From positions 41,914,001 to 41,978,000 of the forward strand of contig CM052817.1 in the NCBI GenBank assembly GCA_028534125.1: 64,000 nucleotides of DNA, given 5' to 3'. Shown one piece after another: positions 12,851-26,485 of this stretch. The translations under genes were made by a program, and so were the position numbers. The DNA comes from Lama glama (Eukaryota). Every line of letters starts with the position of its first letter. Position 1 is the stretch's first letter. Below the pieces are notes generated by a model. That model was given only the letters and a program-made list of their open reading frames with translations. It ran no database searches and was not told the DNA's origin.

Positions 12851-14164
12851 ACCAATTAATCACATCAGTCACACTCAACTGCAGCTGAATATTGCCACAG
12901 TAACTCCTATTTCCTAAGAAATCTAGAGGTCAATGCACTCCACTATTCATTCATCAGGTTCTGACCAACAGCATATATTTTGATGAAAAGATTAATTATG
13001 CATCAAATTTTCCATAAAAAAGTAGCATCTAAAAACTAACCATCACTGCAAAGGTGAATTGTTACAGATTTCTTTTGCTTTAATGTCTTGCACCTGAAAC
13101 CTAAGAAGGCTCAAAGAAACATTATCCCCCTCCTCTCTTGCTTACTAAATAACTAACTTGTTTTAAGTCCATGATCTCCATTTTCTAAGAAAATAGGGAG
13201 AAATATCTCAAGTCCATATAAAAGCAAAAAGTTACACGAAAACAACTCCCCCCTCCACCCTTATTTTAAAGTTCAACAGTATTTACAAGACATAATCGAT
13301 TCCAGTTTAGGATTTAAGAAAATGTCTGTGTAACATTCTAAAACGAGTGAGATTCAACAAACTGATTTATATTAAATTCCAAGCTTAGGACTCCTAAGTC
13401 AACATTCTAACAGTGCTAGCTAGTGAAAGTGCAGGGACAGTGTGGCTTGCCATGGCTGAAAGCAAACCGAAAGCTGTGAGTGAGGGATGGCTGCGGGGTC
13501 ATGTGCTGCCAAGGCCTCAATGTAAACACAGGTGTGTGGGAAGGAGCGCAAGGGCTCTCCCATCTAGCAGCTAAAGAAACACTGGCAGTCACGCTGTGGC
13601 GTCTGAATGCTTGATTTTGAAAATAGGTCGTCTTTGTAAAATCACTACATCTTACTTAGCAGGTTAATACCCCCTCAACTTAAAGGATTCACGAAGCACA
13701 CCTGAAGCTCCTATCATTGTTTTACGCTGAAAATTAAGAGATGGAAAGCACATCTTTTTTTTCCCCTGCTGAGCATCTCCCTGCTGAGTAAAGTAGTTTG
13801 AAGTTATTACCACCTCATTTGCTGGCATTTAGCAAGGATTCTTTTTACGGTTGCATGGAAGTAATGCCACAAGAGGATTTTTCCTGCCAAAATCTGTTAA
13901 ATGGCATAGCAGTGTCTTTTAAAAAATATATTAGGACTATGACATACATCACCAATAAACTTGTCAACAATAATAACATTTGTTAATAGGTTTGGGTTTG
14001 GGGAGATTTGTTTTCATTTTAGGGTTTTGCTTTTTTAAAGCTGTTTTTTTGGGTTTTATCTTGGGATTCTTTTTGCAGGGAGAAGGCGCTGGTTTAGTTT
14101 TCTGCTGTATCTATCTGTTATCAAATATAGTTAAAGTGTTAAAATAGTGTACAATAACTTCTAG

Positions 14165-14390
14165 GGTATGGCCAGTGGTTATAAATACAGGTTTTGAAGG
14201 CAGACAGTTTCAGCTCATATTTTAGCGGAACAACCTACTACTGTGAGGCTAGAGCAGATTATGTAAATCCTCAAGCCTCAGGTCTTCCTTTGCAAAATCG
14301 AGAAAACTGTGATATCTCCCTGTAGAGGGTTATTTTGTGGATTATACAATGCCTGATAATAATGCAAAGTAACGATTAATGTCATTATTA
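14165..14390 (+). mobile_element. MIR SINE
   Basis: 'agtggttataaatacaggttttgaaggcagac...gcctcaggtcttcctttgcaaaatcgag' core. Confidence 0.7.
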
Positions 14391-15104
14391 CTGCTTTGTA
14401 ATAACATCAGCTTATTTTATTTAGAATTTAACTTCATTTGATATGGTTTCCAAACTGCTTAACTGTACAAAATGATTGTCTAAAGAATGCAAAACAAAAA
14501 AATTTGTAATTAATTTCTCTGCTAAAATATAATCTCTCTCCCCTATTCTATCCTATTTTCTCAGTTTTGAATATTTCTCATGAGGCAATTTTCCACTGGA
14601 TGAAAGATAGCACTTTGTTAAAAACTGTCAAAATGCAACCCAGGATTTCATTAAGAACATGTCATGTTATTATTATTCCTGATTCACAAAATAACTGACA
14701 ATTTTTAAGTCAACAAAATATTCTCATGAAATTGAGACAACTGTCATATCCAAGATTGAATATGAAGAAAACACAAACAAGTATGGGCCATTAAATGACA
14801 TCAAGTGACTCAGTCATAATACATATAATAACAATTACATCTGTATAAAGTACTTAAAAGTATCACATTTCCAATTGAGCTGATACCTACATGGACTGAA
14901 TACCATGTTCTTAATGACAAAATGAATTTGATTTATTTAAACATTGCTCTAAACTTCACTCTGGGAGCCAATATATTCAGGGACAACAACAGAAAGAGAA
15001 GGAAAGAGAAGAAAGCAGACTGAGAATTCATTCATTCACTGTTTATTCATGTATTTAACAAATGGTATCTATGCAACCAAAAGTTTGTATACATCAGCTT
15101 CAAG

Positions 15105-15260
15105 CTGTGTAAAGCTTTGTTATTTCCCAAGCATTTTTACATACATTTTTATTATTTGATCTTTATAAGTGATGAGGGAACTGAACGTATGACATGTCCA
15201 AGGTGGCAGAGGCTTGTGGCTGGTTTTCCTGAATACTGTCTAGTGCTCTTTTCACTACAT
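15105..15260 (-). mobile_element. MIR/MIR3 SINE fragment
   Basis: 'gatgagggaactga...tgacatgtccaaggtggcaga...tagtgctcttttcactaca'. Confidence 0.6.
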
Positions 15261-15879
15261 GGTGCTGGAAAATCAGTTTTCACTATGCAAAGGAGAGGCT
15301 GAAAGTGAGAAAGCTGGTGACCACAGAAAGAACACAGAGGCGTTCCTTCCATGTGGAGGCTTTCCTGATAGTCCTAGCATCCCTAAGTAAAGTTATTTTG
15401 CTAAATCAAATGGTAACTTAGCTTTTTTTCTTCTTTCTCTCTTTTATTTTTCACTTAGACAAAAAAAAAAGAAGTGTGAGGAAGCTTATAATTAAGGACT
15501 TATATAAAATAAATTTTTAAAAAATAGATAACAAGAACCACAGAAAATGGTAAGTAAATATATTACACAGGCATCCTTAAATAATTGATGGGACGAGTAT
15601 CAAATTTAGTCCTAAGTATCCCAGCAAACAAAGTAAAAATGAACACATGGAAAATAATGTAATTCTCATTAGCAGAAACAAATAAGGGCACTTATTTCTT
15701 GAGAAAAAATAAAACATTTTTCCTGCCATAAAACTTCTAAAGGAAATTTCTTACCTGCTTTCTCTGATTAGAGACCCAAAGATAATATATTAAATGACTT
15801 CCTTTCCTAACATCCCAACCCTACATCCTATATATTGTTAGCTATTGTTAATACTATTATTATTAATATTATATGTATA

Positions 15880-16095
15880 CTAATGCATAATTTTTACATG
15901 CTTTCACACAGAATATCTTTTGAATTAGGTACTGTTATTATCCTCACTTAATAAATGAGAAAAGCGTTTGTAGAAATGAGAAAACTTAGTAGCTTGCCCC
16001 AGGTCACCTAAATAGTAATGAATTTTATTCATAAATATTTATACACATCTTGTTTCTCCAAATCCCATGTTCTCCTTCAATAAAAAGACAGCACC
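15880..16095 (-). mobile_element. MIR SINE fragment
   Basis: 'taggtactgttattatcctcacttaataaatgagaaa...gcttgccccaggtcac'. Confidence 0.65.
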
Positions 16096-16132
16096 ACATT
16101 GGCAGTCAACTCTGTGGCCACAGCCCAGAAAA

Positions 16133-16321
16133 GAATGGTTCTCAAAACCAGCAGGCATCAGAATCTCAGGAGGGCCTGAGAAAAACACGGATCCCAGGAC
16201 CTTACCTCAATCAGAGTTTCCGATTCAGTAGATGTGAGGTGTGGCCAGAGAATCTGCATTTCTGACAGGTTCCCACAGGATACTGATGTTGCTAGTCAGG
16301 GACCACATATTGAAACCACTG
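16133..16321. mobile_element. MER5A (hAT-Charlie MITE)
   Basis: TIR-like ends 'tggttctcaaa' and 'ttgaaaccactg'; internal 'gattcagtag...gaatctgcatttctgacaggttccca'; degenerate 8-bp TSD gcccagaa/gccttgaa. Confidence 0.85.
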
Positions 16322-17124
16322 GCCTTGAACTTTATAGTTTCTAAATATATACCACACTTAATAGAGTATTTTTGCTGATTGCTTTTTATTAACTATCCAA
16401 ATATTATTTGGTATTGTAAGTCCAGACACTGAGATAAAGGATAATGAAAGAGGAGCCCAAGGTCGTATCTAGAAATAACATCTTTTCCTAAACCACAATT
16501 ACCAATGTGTTTTCTAAAGCAAACAAAGGAACCAATGCTCACTTTGGTTCTCACTATATTCTTTTATTAAAGACATCTACAGTGCTCACATTTCTGTTAA
16601 ATCTTATTTTATTAATCTGGATTGCATATAAGGGCAAAAAACAAACAAAAAAACAGCTAACACAAAGCCTATGTGGTATCAACTTTTTCTTTCTGTAAGT
16701 TGACCCTCATCCACACTTGTATCAAATCACTTAGCATTAAGAGCTCCGTTATCTAGTCTGTACCACACAGTCCAGTGTTGGAGGGCGCATGAAAGGAAAA
16801 TATTCTTCCACATGAGGAACAACTGGGACACAGGTGTCAGCGAGGTTGTGGACTAAGTATCCTGCCTGGCAGAGACAAGGCAGGGAATTGGGAAACTTTC
16901 TGGGAAGAGATTCAGGAGGCAGATGAGTTTACAAGAAAGGTAGAATGGGGAAAGTTGGAGAGGAGGAGATGGAATAATCTGGAGAGGAAATCTAGAGCAA
17001 AATGATGAGAGCAAAGGAGAAAAATGAGGCAAGGTCTGCATATTAAGAAGTGGTTAAGAGAGTGGTACCCCCTAGGTATTGGCTTAGAATGGCTGTAGCT
17101 GCTCTGCTCCAGTCTTTAGCAACA

Positions 17125-17317
17125 TCCCCAAACCTGGCTGGGGTGGGATGGAGGAGGGACAGAGGTCCTGATTGACAGCATTTGCCAGTATACGTGGCGT
17201 CAAGGTGTAAGAAATCGCACCTTGGCCAATTTCAAGCTACCAGCTGATGGCCTATCTGGGAAGAGAAGTGCCCAATGGGCTTGCTAGCTTGTGAAACCTG
17301 GCTCCAGCACACTCCTG
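17125..17317 (-). mobile_element. MER63-like hAT-Blackjack element
   Basis: 'ggccaatttcaagctacca' and terminal 'ggctccagcacactcctg'. Confidence 0.65.
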
Positions 17318-20300
17318 CCCCAACCCCACAAAAACACAGTCTAAGAGAAAATCAGTGGATCCACTATTCAAACATAGCTTCAAGGCAGTAGCTCTGTAGC
17401 CTTCAATGCAGCCTTCTACTAGAATGTTGACCCTAAAATCCTCCTGGTAGAATAGAGAACCACCCCTACTCTGTAACTGATAGAGAGACACAGGATTACC
17501 CTCCTGCAGGTTTCTAAACAAAGCCTTAGCACACAGCTATTTCATCTTTGGGTGCTGATACACATCTCTAGATGCTCTCATTGTGCTTGTACCCTGCAGT
17601 TGGAGGGTCTAAGGTGATGCAAGATCGCAGCAGCCTGGGGTGAGAGAGCATGTGATGGGGTGGTCAAGATTACCTGCAGTCGGCTACTGGGGGCCAGATC
17701 AGTGAAAATGGAATTCAGGAGCTGAGGGATGAAAAATGCTGCCCTCAGCTGATTCTCTGTGGTTTGGGGTGGGCTGGTGAGGGGAATAAGCCCTCTCTAT
17801 CACAGTCGGTTTCAAGGGAACTGGAAGGAAAACAATTGCCAAGGAGCAGAAGGCCCCCATGACCATTCACTGTAGTCCTCGTGCTGGGCAACAGTCCACA
17901 ACAGGACAACACTTCCAAACTGAGCCTTCAGGTTAAACATTTTGAAATATGGTTCCATATAATATGTGCCTATTTTAGATAGTTATGCATATTTATTTAA
18001 AAACTATACTGAGGGAAATCTTCACAAATTTCCTTTCTTCAAACATTGATAAGCAAGTCACAGAGAATTTTTAAAACCTAAAAATATTTGCTTCCTTTTG
18101 TTTGAAAGAACACAACAATGAATATTTCGGGGATATTTCCATGACATGCTTCTTTGCAGAAAAGGTCTAGACAGATTTTGGCTCAAAAAGGGCTTCTAAT
18201 TTGTACTTCATGCCATTTTAAAAAAATATATATTTAAGTAGATGCCATTCAAGTCTGAGAAGACATTACATAAAAACTATTTTTCCTTTCCATTAGATAT
18301 TTTTTCCTTGATTATTAGCTCACAAACATTTTAAATTACTAGAAAATGATTTGGGTGTTTTAAGGTATCCTGAAGTATTTTCAGGGATCTTCACTTAAAT
18401 TAAAAAATTTAAAAATTGCCACTGGGGACCTCAAAACCTGGAAATTCTGCACTCCTCTGAAACTCTGAGAGGATCTGTTTCTTTCCAGAAATTATGGCTG
18501 CTGAATGAAAGAGGAGTTTACATTCGTCTGTGTGTGAAATACAGCTTGAGTTGCCCTGCTGCAATCCCCTGGCTGGGAATGTTAATCACACACAGTGTTT
18601 ACCCACTGGGCACGCCCTTTTTATTTTCTTTGGGACTGCCTGTCTCAGAAGCCCTGCTCACGTACGTTCAAGGAAAAACAGTCTACAGAGGGTTAAAACA
18701 TTACAGAAAAGCTCCAAAATGTGCAGGAAGGCTGTGATTTGTTAGTGTGTTGGTTTGGTTTGGTTTTTCATTCTGTCACTCCATTTCTTCCCTTGCTTTT
18801 CTTTCTCTTTCACTCTCCCAAGGTGAGAGGGAGAGACAGGAATGTATTTTAATTTCCTCATAATATAGCAACAGTTTTTAAAGTGTGGAAGAGATGGAAG
18901 AGCAGTGAAGGATACAGAAAGTTGAAGCATTTGGATCCCTCACTCCAGTCCTAATGCATTATCTCAGGTTGCTCCCGGGATCTGTGGGGCATTTTGGAAT
19001 CTTTGCCTCTGTGACCCACCACCTCTTTTCTTATGCAGTGAACTGTACCCCGTCCTGTCTCCCCTTCAGGGGGAACTGTGACCCCCACCCCCAGCATCAT
19101 TGCCCTCCTCTGTCTGTCAGCTTAGTCTATATCCCTGGCATTTTTGTTATCCTAATTAGGACATCATATAAAATAGAAATAGCAAATTCTATTTTTTTCT
19201 ATTCTTGACTTATGCCTGATGGAAAATAAGGTCCAGTACATACAATGCATAGTAATTTACTAAAATAATCCAAATCATTTAGGTTCCACACACGCGCAAG
19301 AATTGTAATTTTTATTCCACTATTAATTGTAAATAAAAATTAATAAATACCTGAAAGAAACTTAGCCATGGAAAAACAATTTTAAAATGGAATTATGAAA
19401 AATGCCACTCTCAATAAAAATATTAGGCTCATCATAGAGAAAAAAATACTACTCCGTTTTTATCTTGCCAGAGTAGAAAATTAAATAACTGAAAAAGTAA
19501 AAAACATAAAAGTGTTCTCTACAGTTCACAGGATCCTTGTTTTTCAATTAATCAATAATATGCCAGGTACATTTTTAATATGAAGCTCACAAGATGTCAA
19601 AATATTATGACAAGGTAGAAGAAATTATAAAATGTCTGGAATTTACAGTTTTCTGTCATTTGGTACAACTCACAGAAAGCTTAGCCCATTTAAAATTTAT
19701 TAAAAGTGAATTATTTGAGTACTACTAACTTCATCTGCAAATGGCAAATGCAAGAAAAAGTGTGTTTAAAAGGAAAGGTTACAAAAATAATGGAAGTAAA
19801 ACAAAAACGAAAAGTTTGCTGGTTTGCAGTTTATTTTTTAAGCCTTTGAAGTTTGGAATCCTGGACGATATACCTCATCTGTAAAGCTCTGAAATTTTAG
19901 GAGCAAAGTTTTAAATATTGGAAAATTGAAAGATACTCATTGTTTTTCCAGTTGTGCATCACACACTGTGGGTGTACCATTTAGCACTGCAATGTTTTGA
20001 GTGGCCAGTGAATGTCACCTTTTTCACTTCTAGGTAAAAATCATCATTTTCTTAATGAATGTTGAAAAGAGTAAAATGCATAGAAAATACAGCACATAGT
20101 TTCATGTGTCTTGAACTATGCAGCTACATTCAGTTTTCTTCAGCTTAAGTACCAGAAATGTAAGTAAATGTTACAGTAAGCAATTGGCAGCACAGTAATG
20201 TTAAGGTTCTAGCAACCGTTTACATTTTAGGGAGTTACAATTTGGTTTTAACATTGGCTCCAGGCTTAAAGTTGGCATGGAAAGCTCTTTATTGGAGTGT

Positions 20301-20595
20301 GCAATTTTTTTTCTTTTACTTTACAAAATAAAGTCAAAATTAATTTTCTTGTTATTTAGTCAAAGGCAGCCAAAAACAACATGATTTTGGCTGAATTTAG
20401 GTACCTTTGTGTATCTCTAATTTAAAGTCAGTTTTAACTTTAAAAGTGAAATGTTGCAGACATTTGCAGATAAGGAAGACCTGGTTGGACTGGTAGAGTT
20501 TTAATGTTGGTGCAAGTGAGCCTATGGCATGGAAGTAATAATATTACCTAGGACACAAAATATCACTTCAGTAAATCAATACTGTGTTTATATAA

Positions 20596-21018
20596 TGTTG
20601 TGGACTGAACTGTATCCCCTAAAATTCGTATGTTGAACCCCTAATGCCCAATGAGACTGTATTTGGAGATAGGACCTTTAGTGAGATCATTAACATTAAA
20701 TGAAGTCCTAAGAGCGGGGCCCTAATCTAATAGGGTTAGTACTCATAAGAAGAGGAAGACACCAGAGATTCATCTTCTCTGTCTGTCTCTGTCTCTGTCT
20801 CTCTCTCTCCCAATCTGCACACACATAAAGAAGAGGCCTTCTGAGGACACAGTGAGAAAGCTGACATCTGTAAGCCACGAAAAGATGCCTCACCAGAAAC
20901 CAACCCTGATGGAACCTTGATCTTGGACTTCCAGCCTCTAGAACTAGGAGAAAATAAATTTCTGTTGCTTAAGCCACTTCAGCCTATGGTATCTTTATGG
21001 CAGCCCCAGACAGATGCA
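20596..21018 (+). mobile_element. MaLR solo LTR (MLT1A/B-like)
   Basis: 'tgttgtggactgaactgtatcccctaaaattcgtatgttgaa...ttggacttccagcctctagaact...aataaatttctgttg'; 5-bp TSD tataa/taaaa. Confidence 0.9.
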
Positions 21019-21609
21019 TAAAACATATGAAAAACTGGAAGGACCTCAGATTATTTCAACTAAATACATTTAATTGGTTTAAGCCATTTCTTTTTGATCA
21101 TGAAATTCTTCAGTTTCTTGATCACACCTCATGTTCTTTCTTTATATAATTTTATAGCATTCATTCCTAATTGATTCATTCCTATGATCATGTTTCTAAA
21201 ACAGCCATTTGCTATAGATGATTTTCAGAGTTTTGCTTTTCTTCTGAGTGTTCAGTTTCATGTTTCTCTTCCTCCATTTTAATGTCTTATGTTAAATAGA
21301 TTTATTTTTAAAATGTTAATCATTTTATCTCAACTTGATGTTGCCAAAAGCTAGGTTTTGATGATTGTTCCCATCCCACTCACTGCTTGAGGGAGCAAGT
21401 GATTTCTTTTCTCAGATCTGCAACTTCAAAACAACCTCATGTGCATAGCTTCCTCCTCTACTTCTGGTTTTGCTCAGATATTCACCTGGTCCTATTCTGT
21501 TATCCTGAGAAGTCAACTTCTCCTACTCTCACTACCTTGTTCTCTAGTACTCTAGATTGAAGTAGTATGTTGAAGGGAAAAAAACCTAAAATTTCCTGTA
21601 CAGGCTATT

Positions 21610-22860
21610 ATTAGGACCTTGTTATTCACTGAAAAAGGGAAATTTAGGGAGAAGAGGAAGTTTCTCAGGGTGACAGGCTGATGACTGCATTTTGAGACAT
21701 GTTGAGTTTGAAGTATCTATGGGTCAACCAGTGAATTGTTGAATAAACAGATCTGAAACTGGGCGGGAGTTGCAGCTGTTGTAAGCTGGGAAAGCATGGG
21801 TGGGATGAGATCACTTAGAGTATATAAAGAGAGAAGAAAGCAAAATCAGTCCCACCAGAATTAATAGATAAATCGATGGTGGGAGGGCAAGAGCAGAGAG
21901 ATAAGGAAAAACCAAAACTATGTGTCAAATAAACAAGTTGTGGTGGGGGCAGGGGTGTGACAACAGCGAGAAATTCAGCAGAGAAATCAAGGAAACTAAG
22001 ACCAGAAGAGTGGTGATATACTCTGATTTTAAAAACTACAAAGTCTTGCTGACCTTAGCAAAAATCGCTTGGTGAAGTGATGGAGACAGAAGTCTGGCTA
22101 TAGTGGGTTGAGGAGGTGGCTGCATACAATGACTCTCTCAGAAAGGTGGCTCATCTAATGAAGGAAACTAGAGCAGGAGTTGGAGGAGTTTAAAGGTTGA
22201 AGAAGTTTTATTTATTTAATTCGTTTTTCATAGGGACAGAATTAACTATATATTAAGGAGGAAAAGTATTGGTAGAGAAGATGATGTTGAAAATACACTA
22301 AAGGAAATGCATTTATTTTTCTCATTTAAGAAACTTGTTTTGAACACCCACTATGTGCCATGTATCATACTTCTTGCTGGGGATCCAAGGATGGGTTAAA
22401 TTAGCAAGGCTGCTGCCCTGTTGAAAATCCCAGCTGGACCAAAAGCTCTAAGAAGGTAGATTAGATTAATATCTAAGTGGAGGCATTAGTCTTAAGAAGA
22501 AAGAGAACCAATTATTTCACAGACCTAGGATAAAGTGGGCATAATGAAAGCAGACATGTTTGTAGACGAAAGAAAGGGACAGGATAGGAGTTAGAAGAAG
22601 TTCAGACATCAAGGTTTTTTCCTATTTCTATAACATAGGATGCAAATCATATACTCAAATGAGGATGTTCACAGTAAAATAAATAAAATAATTCTTAAAG
22701 GAAATGAGAAAAAGAAGCAATATGATCACCAAGCACAACTGACAAGGCAGCTAAATTTGAAGGTGGTGAAGTCTGGTACAAATCCATATGATGGTGTGAA
22801 TGTCTCCAGTACCACTCAGTGGCAGACCAAATATGGGGCGGGGTGGGGAGGCAGAGGAAT
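21610..22860 (-). mobile_element. L2 fragments, including a nested L2 3' end at ~22315-22440
   Basis: 'ttttgagacatgttgagtttgaagtatct', 'tgaccttagcaaaaatcgcttggtgaagtgatggagacagaag', 'tgaacacccactatgtgcca'. Confidence 0.65.
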
Positions 22861-22864
22861 GGAT

Positions 22865-23220
22865 CTATCTTTGGTTATGATAACACTAACTGCTCTAACA
22901 GATTAACTTAGAAATTTCAATGATTTCACACAATAGAAGCTTACTCATTCATTTAAAATTATTCAGAATAGGATTAGGGATTTATTCATGAAGTCATTTA
23001 GGGAGTCGGGATAGTGAAAGCTCACCCATCTTCAGCACGCAACTTCCTTCCAAAGCACCACGGACGTTGTCATACGACCAGCAAGTGGGATTGGGGGAAA
23101 AGGTGGAGAGCCGTGCAACAGATTTACACAGGCTATACCCAGAAGCGGCACACAGAAGAATGGCACATGCTGCCTCTAGCCACATAGGCCCTGTGCCTGA
23201 GTCACACCTAAGGCACAGAC
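22865..23220 (-). mobile_element. Old MaLR LTR (MLT1K/L-like)
   Basis: 'taactgctctaacagattaacttagaaatttcaatgatttcacacaatagaagcttact' matches the antisense 3' end of old MLT1. Confidence 0.55.
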
Positions 23221-24099
23221 TCTATGGTGTGCCTGGGACCTTCCTTTCTTAGGAACCAGGCTCCTGAGGCCCACTGTGCTAGGTATTACTCTAGGGCAGG
23301 CATGGACCCCTTCCACCTCAAAAGATGTGACAACCTGTATCCTACTGAGTCAGGAAGAAAATCTGTTCTGCACCTCTCCTTACTTTCACAGGTTGGACTC
23401 TCTCTCTCCTTCAGGACTCCAAGCAGAAGCTCTAGGAAAATAAATGAGGTAAGGAAATGCAAAGGACCAACAAACAGTATCTCAACAAGTTAACATACAC
23501 TGTTATATTTATAAGAAATCAAGTCTTAACAGCATTCTAGGTACCCAAAGAATATACTAAAAGCAAGAATATTTCCTGCTACTCTGACAACCTATCTAAG
23601 CCAAAGGGATTCAGTGGATAAACATCTGTCACTCCATTTAATTCTGCATAAGTGTGAAAACTCAAAAAAGGATATGTTTTTAAACACCACAAACATGGCA
23701 GCCTCTTTGACTCTCTTCTCCAAACTAGGAAAATTATCAAAAACAACTTTCTAACATGCCCAATAATGATTTCAGATTTCAGAGATGCTATTAGGACACA
23801 GGCAAATAACAAAGACAGTTACTCAGTTTCCCATATGATTTACTGGTGGTGGTGATGGTGGTGAAAATGCTGCCTGTGGATCATCAAATAGGGCAACTCT
23901 TGCCCTTCAATTTCGTGGTTAACTGAATAATTTACTTCTACTCTGCTTACTTCAAAGTTATATTTGAAGTGGCTACATTTTGGTATAGTGCAAACTACTT
24001 GTGCAATATAACTCTTCCATTTTTACTTACTCTCATAGCCTCATCAAATAATAAGAACAATAAATACCACTACCCATCTGCAGATGAAAACATTCTTAG

Positions 24100-25390
24100 A
24101 AAAGCATTTGGAATGATTGATCACTGCCTCCTCCTCAAATTACTTTCCTCTCTTAGTATCCAGAACACCATATTCCTTTTGTTCACTTCCTGGCTAGCCC
24201 TTCTCTGTCTCTGCTAGTAAGTTCTTCCTCATCTCCTGAACCTCTACACATTGAAGTGTTGCCTGTAACTTTTCATTCCCTGTAACTCTTCTCTATCTTC
24301 TCCGTTCACATGACTTTAAATGCCAGTATACTTGAATGACTCACAAATTAACATCTGCAGTCCAGATCACTCCACAGAACTCCAAAATGCTTATCCAATT
24401 GCCCCTCTCCACAGCCACTTGGATTGCTACATGGCATCTCTAACTTGATATGTCTGAAACCCAAACTCTATATTCCAGCCCTCCATAAAATCCTCTTCCC
24501 AGCAGCCTTCCTAATTGAATGGCTATTTCATTCTTCTAGATACTCAGGAAAAACACTTAAAATCATCCTTGAGTCATTTTCTTCTTCATACCTTATATTC
24601 AATCATTAGAGAAGTCTATTTTTTCTATCTTCAAAATACGTCTGGAACCCAGACACACATACCTATCACCTCCACCATTATCATCCTGGTCCAAGAGGCA
24701 CCATCTCTTGCTTACTACAGTAGCCGCTCATGGGTATCCCTGCTTCCATCCGTATCCTCACCTCAATCTATTCTTCTTACAGCCAGAGAGAGATCGCTTA
24801 TACAAGATTTTGTCACTGCTCTGAGCAAAGCCCTCCAGTGGTTTCATATCTCAAAAGTGAAAGCCACGGTCTACAGTATGGCTGTCAGGAATCTTCCCCA
24901 CCCCTTTATTTCTCTGATCTCTTTTGCCTTTACATCACTCCACTGCAGCCACACTGGCCTCCTTGCAATGTGGCAAGCACACCAAGTTTGTGACTGCCTG
25001 AGGCTGTTGGCTCATTTCTCCCTCTGCATGGAAGTTTCTTCCCCGACCTATCCTCCATGGCTCACTATCTTGGCTCCATGAGCTTTTTGCTCAAATGTCA
25101 TCTTCTAAATGAGGTCTTTCTTGATCATTCATTTTAAAACTACAACCCCACACCCAGCAGCACCCTCCTATCTCCTTTACCTGTTTTATTTTTTTCCAAA
25201 ACACTTATGCCCATCTATCTTACTATATATTTTGGGGGTTTGTTTGTTGTCTTTCTTTCCCAACTAAAATATATGCTCTCTGGATACAGGAATTTTTGTA
25301 TGTTTCCAGCACTGTATTGATCAGTACTTGATGCTTAGACTAATGATAGACAAATAGGAGGTGCTCAATCAATACCAGATAATGAATGAA
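24100..25390 (+). mobile_element. L2a LINE 3' portion
   Basis: 'gcatttggaatgattgatcactgcctcctcctc...cactgcagccacactggcctccttgc...ggtgctcaatcaatac...aatgaatgaa'. Confidence 0.85.
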
Positions 25391-25539
25391 GGAAGATAAT
25401 TCACTGATGTGTGACTCACTGAGTATTATATACTGGTGACTGCCAAAATTTACATCTGAAAAGATTAAATTAAAAAGTTTAAAGGCATTTCCAGGAGATG
25501 ATTATTCCCTTGAGCTATATGTTATAAAATGAAATAGGT

Positions 25540-26485
25540 CACTCAGTGTATATTTCTTCCTATTCTCCAGGATTTTCCTCAAATTTACTGGTCCTACATT
25601 TTAAATATTTTTTACACCTATCTTTTCAAAAGAATCTTTCTTGTTCTCTAAGTGTTGCTTTTACATAGCATTGTATCCTTGTTTTTAAGGATATTGAATA
25701 GAGTATGAAAGTGTGTATGAGTGTGTGGTGACAGTGTTTACTAAATTCCCATATAATTTAAACAAGTATCTGTTTCATTTGTGACTGTGCGTGCATTTAC
25801 AGGCATTTTTAAATGTTTACCTTTGTTTTCCTTTCTTATGTTTTAAGTTTTCCTCAAATATCTGTTGGGCCTCTGTCATCTTTTCACATTTAGGAATGAA
25901 GCAATAAAAACCCAAATATGTGGGAATGTGTGCATGGGTGCAGGTGGAATTTTGTGGTGATGAGCTGGTCCTTTTCTTGAGATCTCCTACAGCTGAGAAT
26001 GCTTTGATCTGGGCATCAGCTCCCACACCAGCTATCCACAGGAGATTCAGACAGTCACTTATCTCTAAAAGGAGGAACCCTCTAACATTTTGCTTAAGTG
26101 GGTTGATGCTCATTGTTGGGTATTCTGTCCACCATATGAAGTATAAGATTATTGTGACCTTCCATATACAGGTCTTAATGGTTCAACTCACTCTTCACTC
26201 CTGTTTTTCATGAGACCTGGTATCCAGAATCTTGTTGCTCTCCAGGATTCAGCCGGGTAGATCAACTCCCTCCCAGGTCCTAGCCCCATCCATTCTGCTT
26301 CTTCCAGGACCTCTCCCCAAACTGCTTTCTGTCTGTGAGAAAATTGTTGAAAATTGTCAGCCACGAATGGTCACCCCTGCTATCTTCATTATGATGTGTT
26401 TATGTGTTTTAATCCCTTTGAGGTGTCTGAGATGATAAAGAACACAGGATCATGTAATTTGTGTGCCATCATGAACCAAAAATCT
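25540..26485 (-). mobile_element. Ancient HAL1/L1ME 5' region
   Basis: 'tttcctcaaatatctgttgggcctctg...taggaatgaagcaataaaaa...tgtgtgcatgggtg' and 5'-end motif 'gccatcatgaaccaaaaatc'. Confidence 0.55.

Noticed and set aside
19952..20033. + strand exon-like segment (ccag|...TAG|gtaaaa)
   Set aside because: Weak donor and an unrecognisable peptide; expected by chance in 64 kb
24515..25081. 188-aa ORF
   Set aside because: Entirely within a decayed L2a; repeat-derived rather than a host gene
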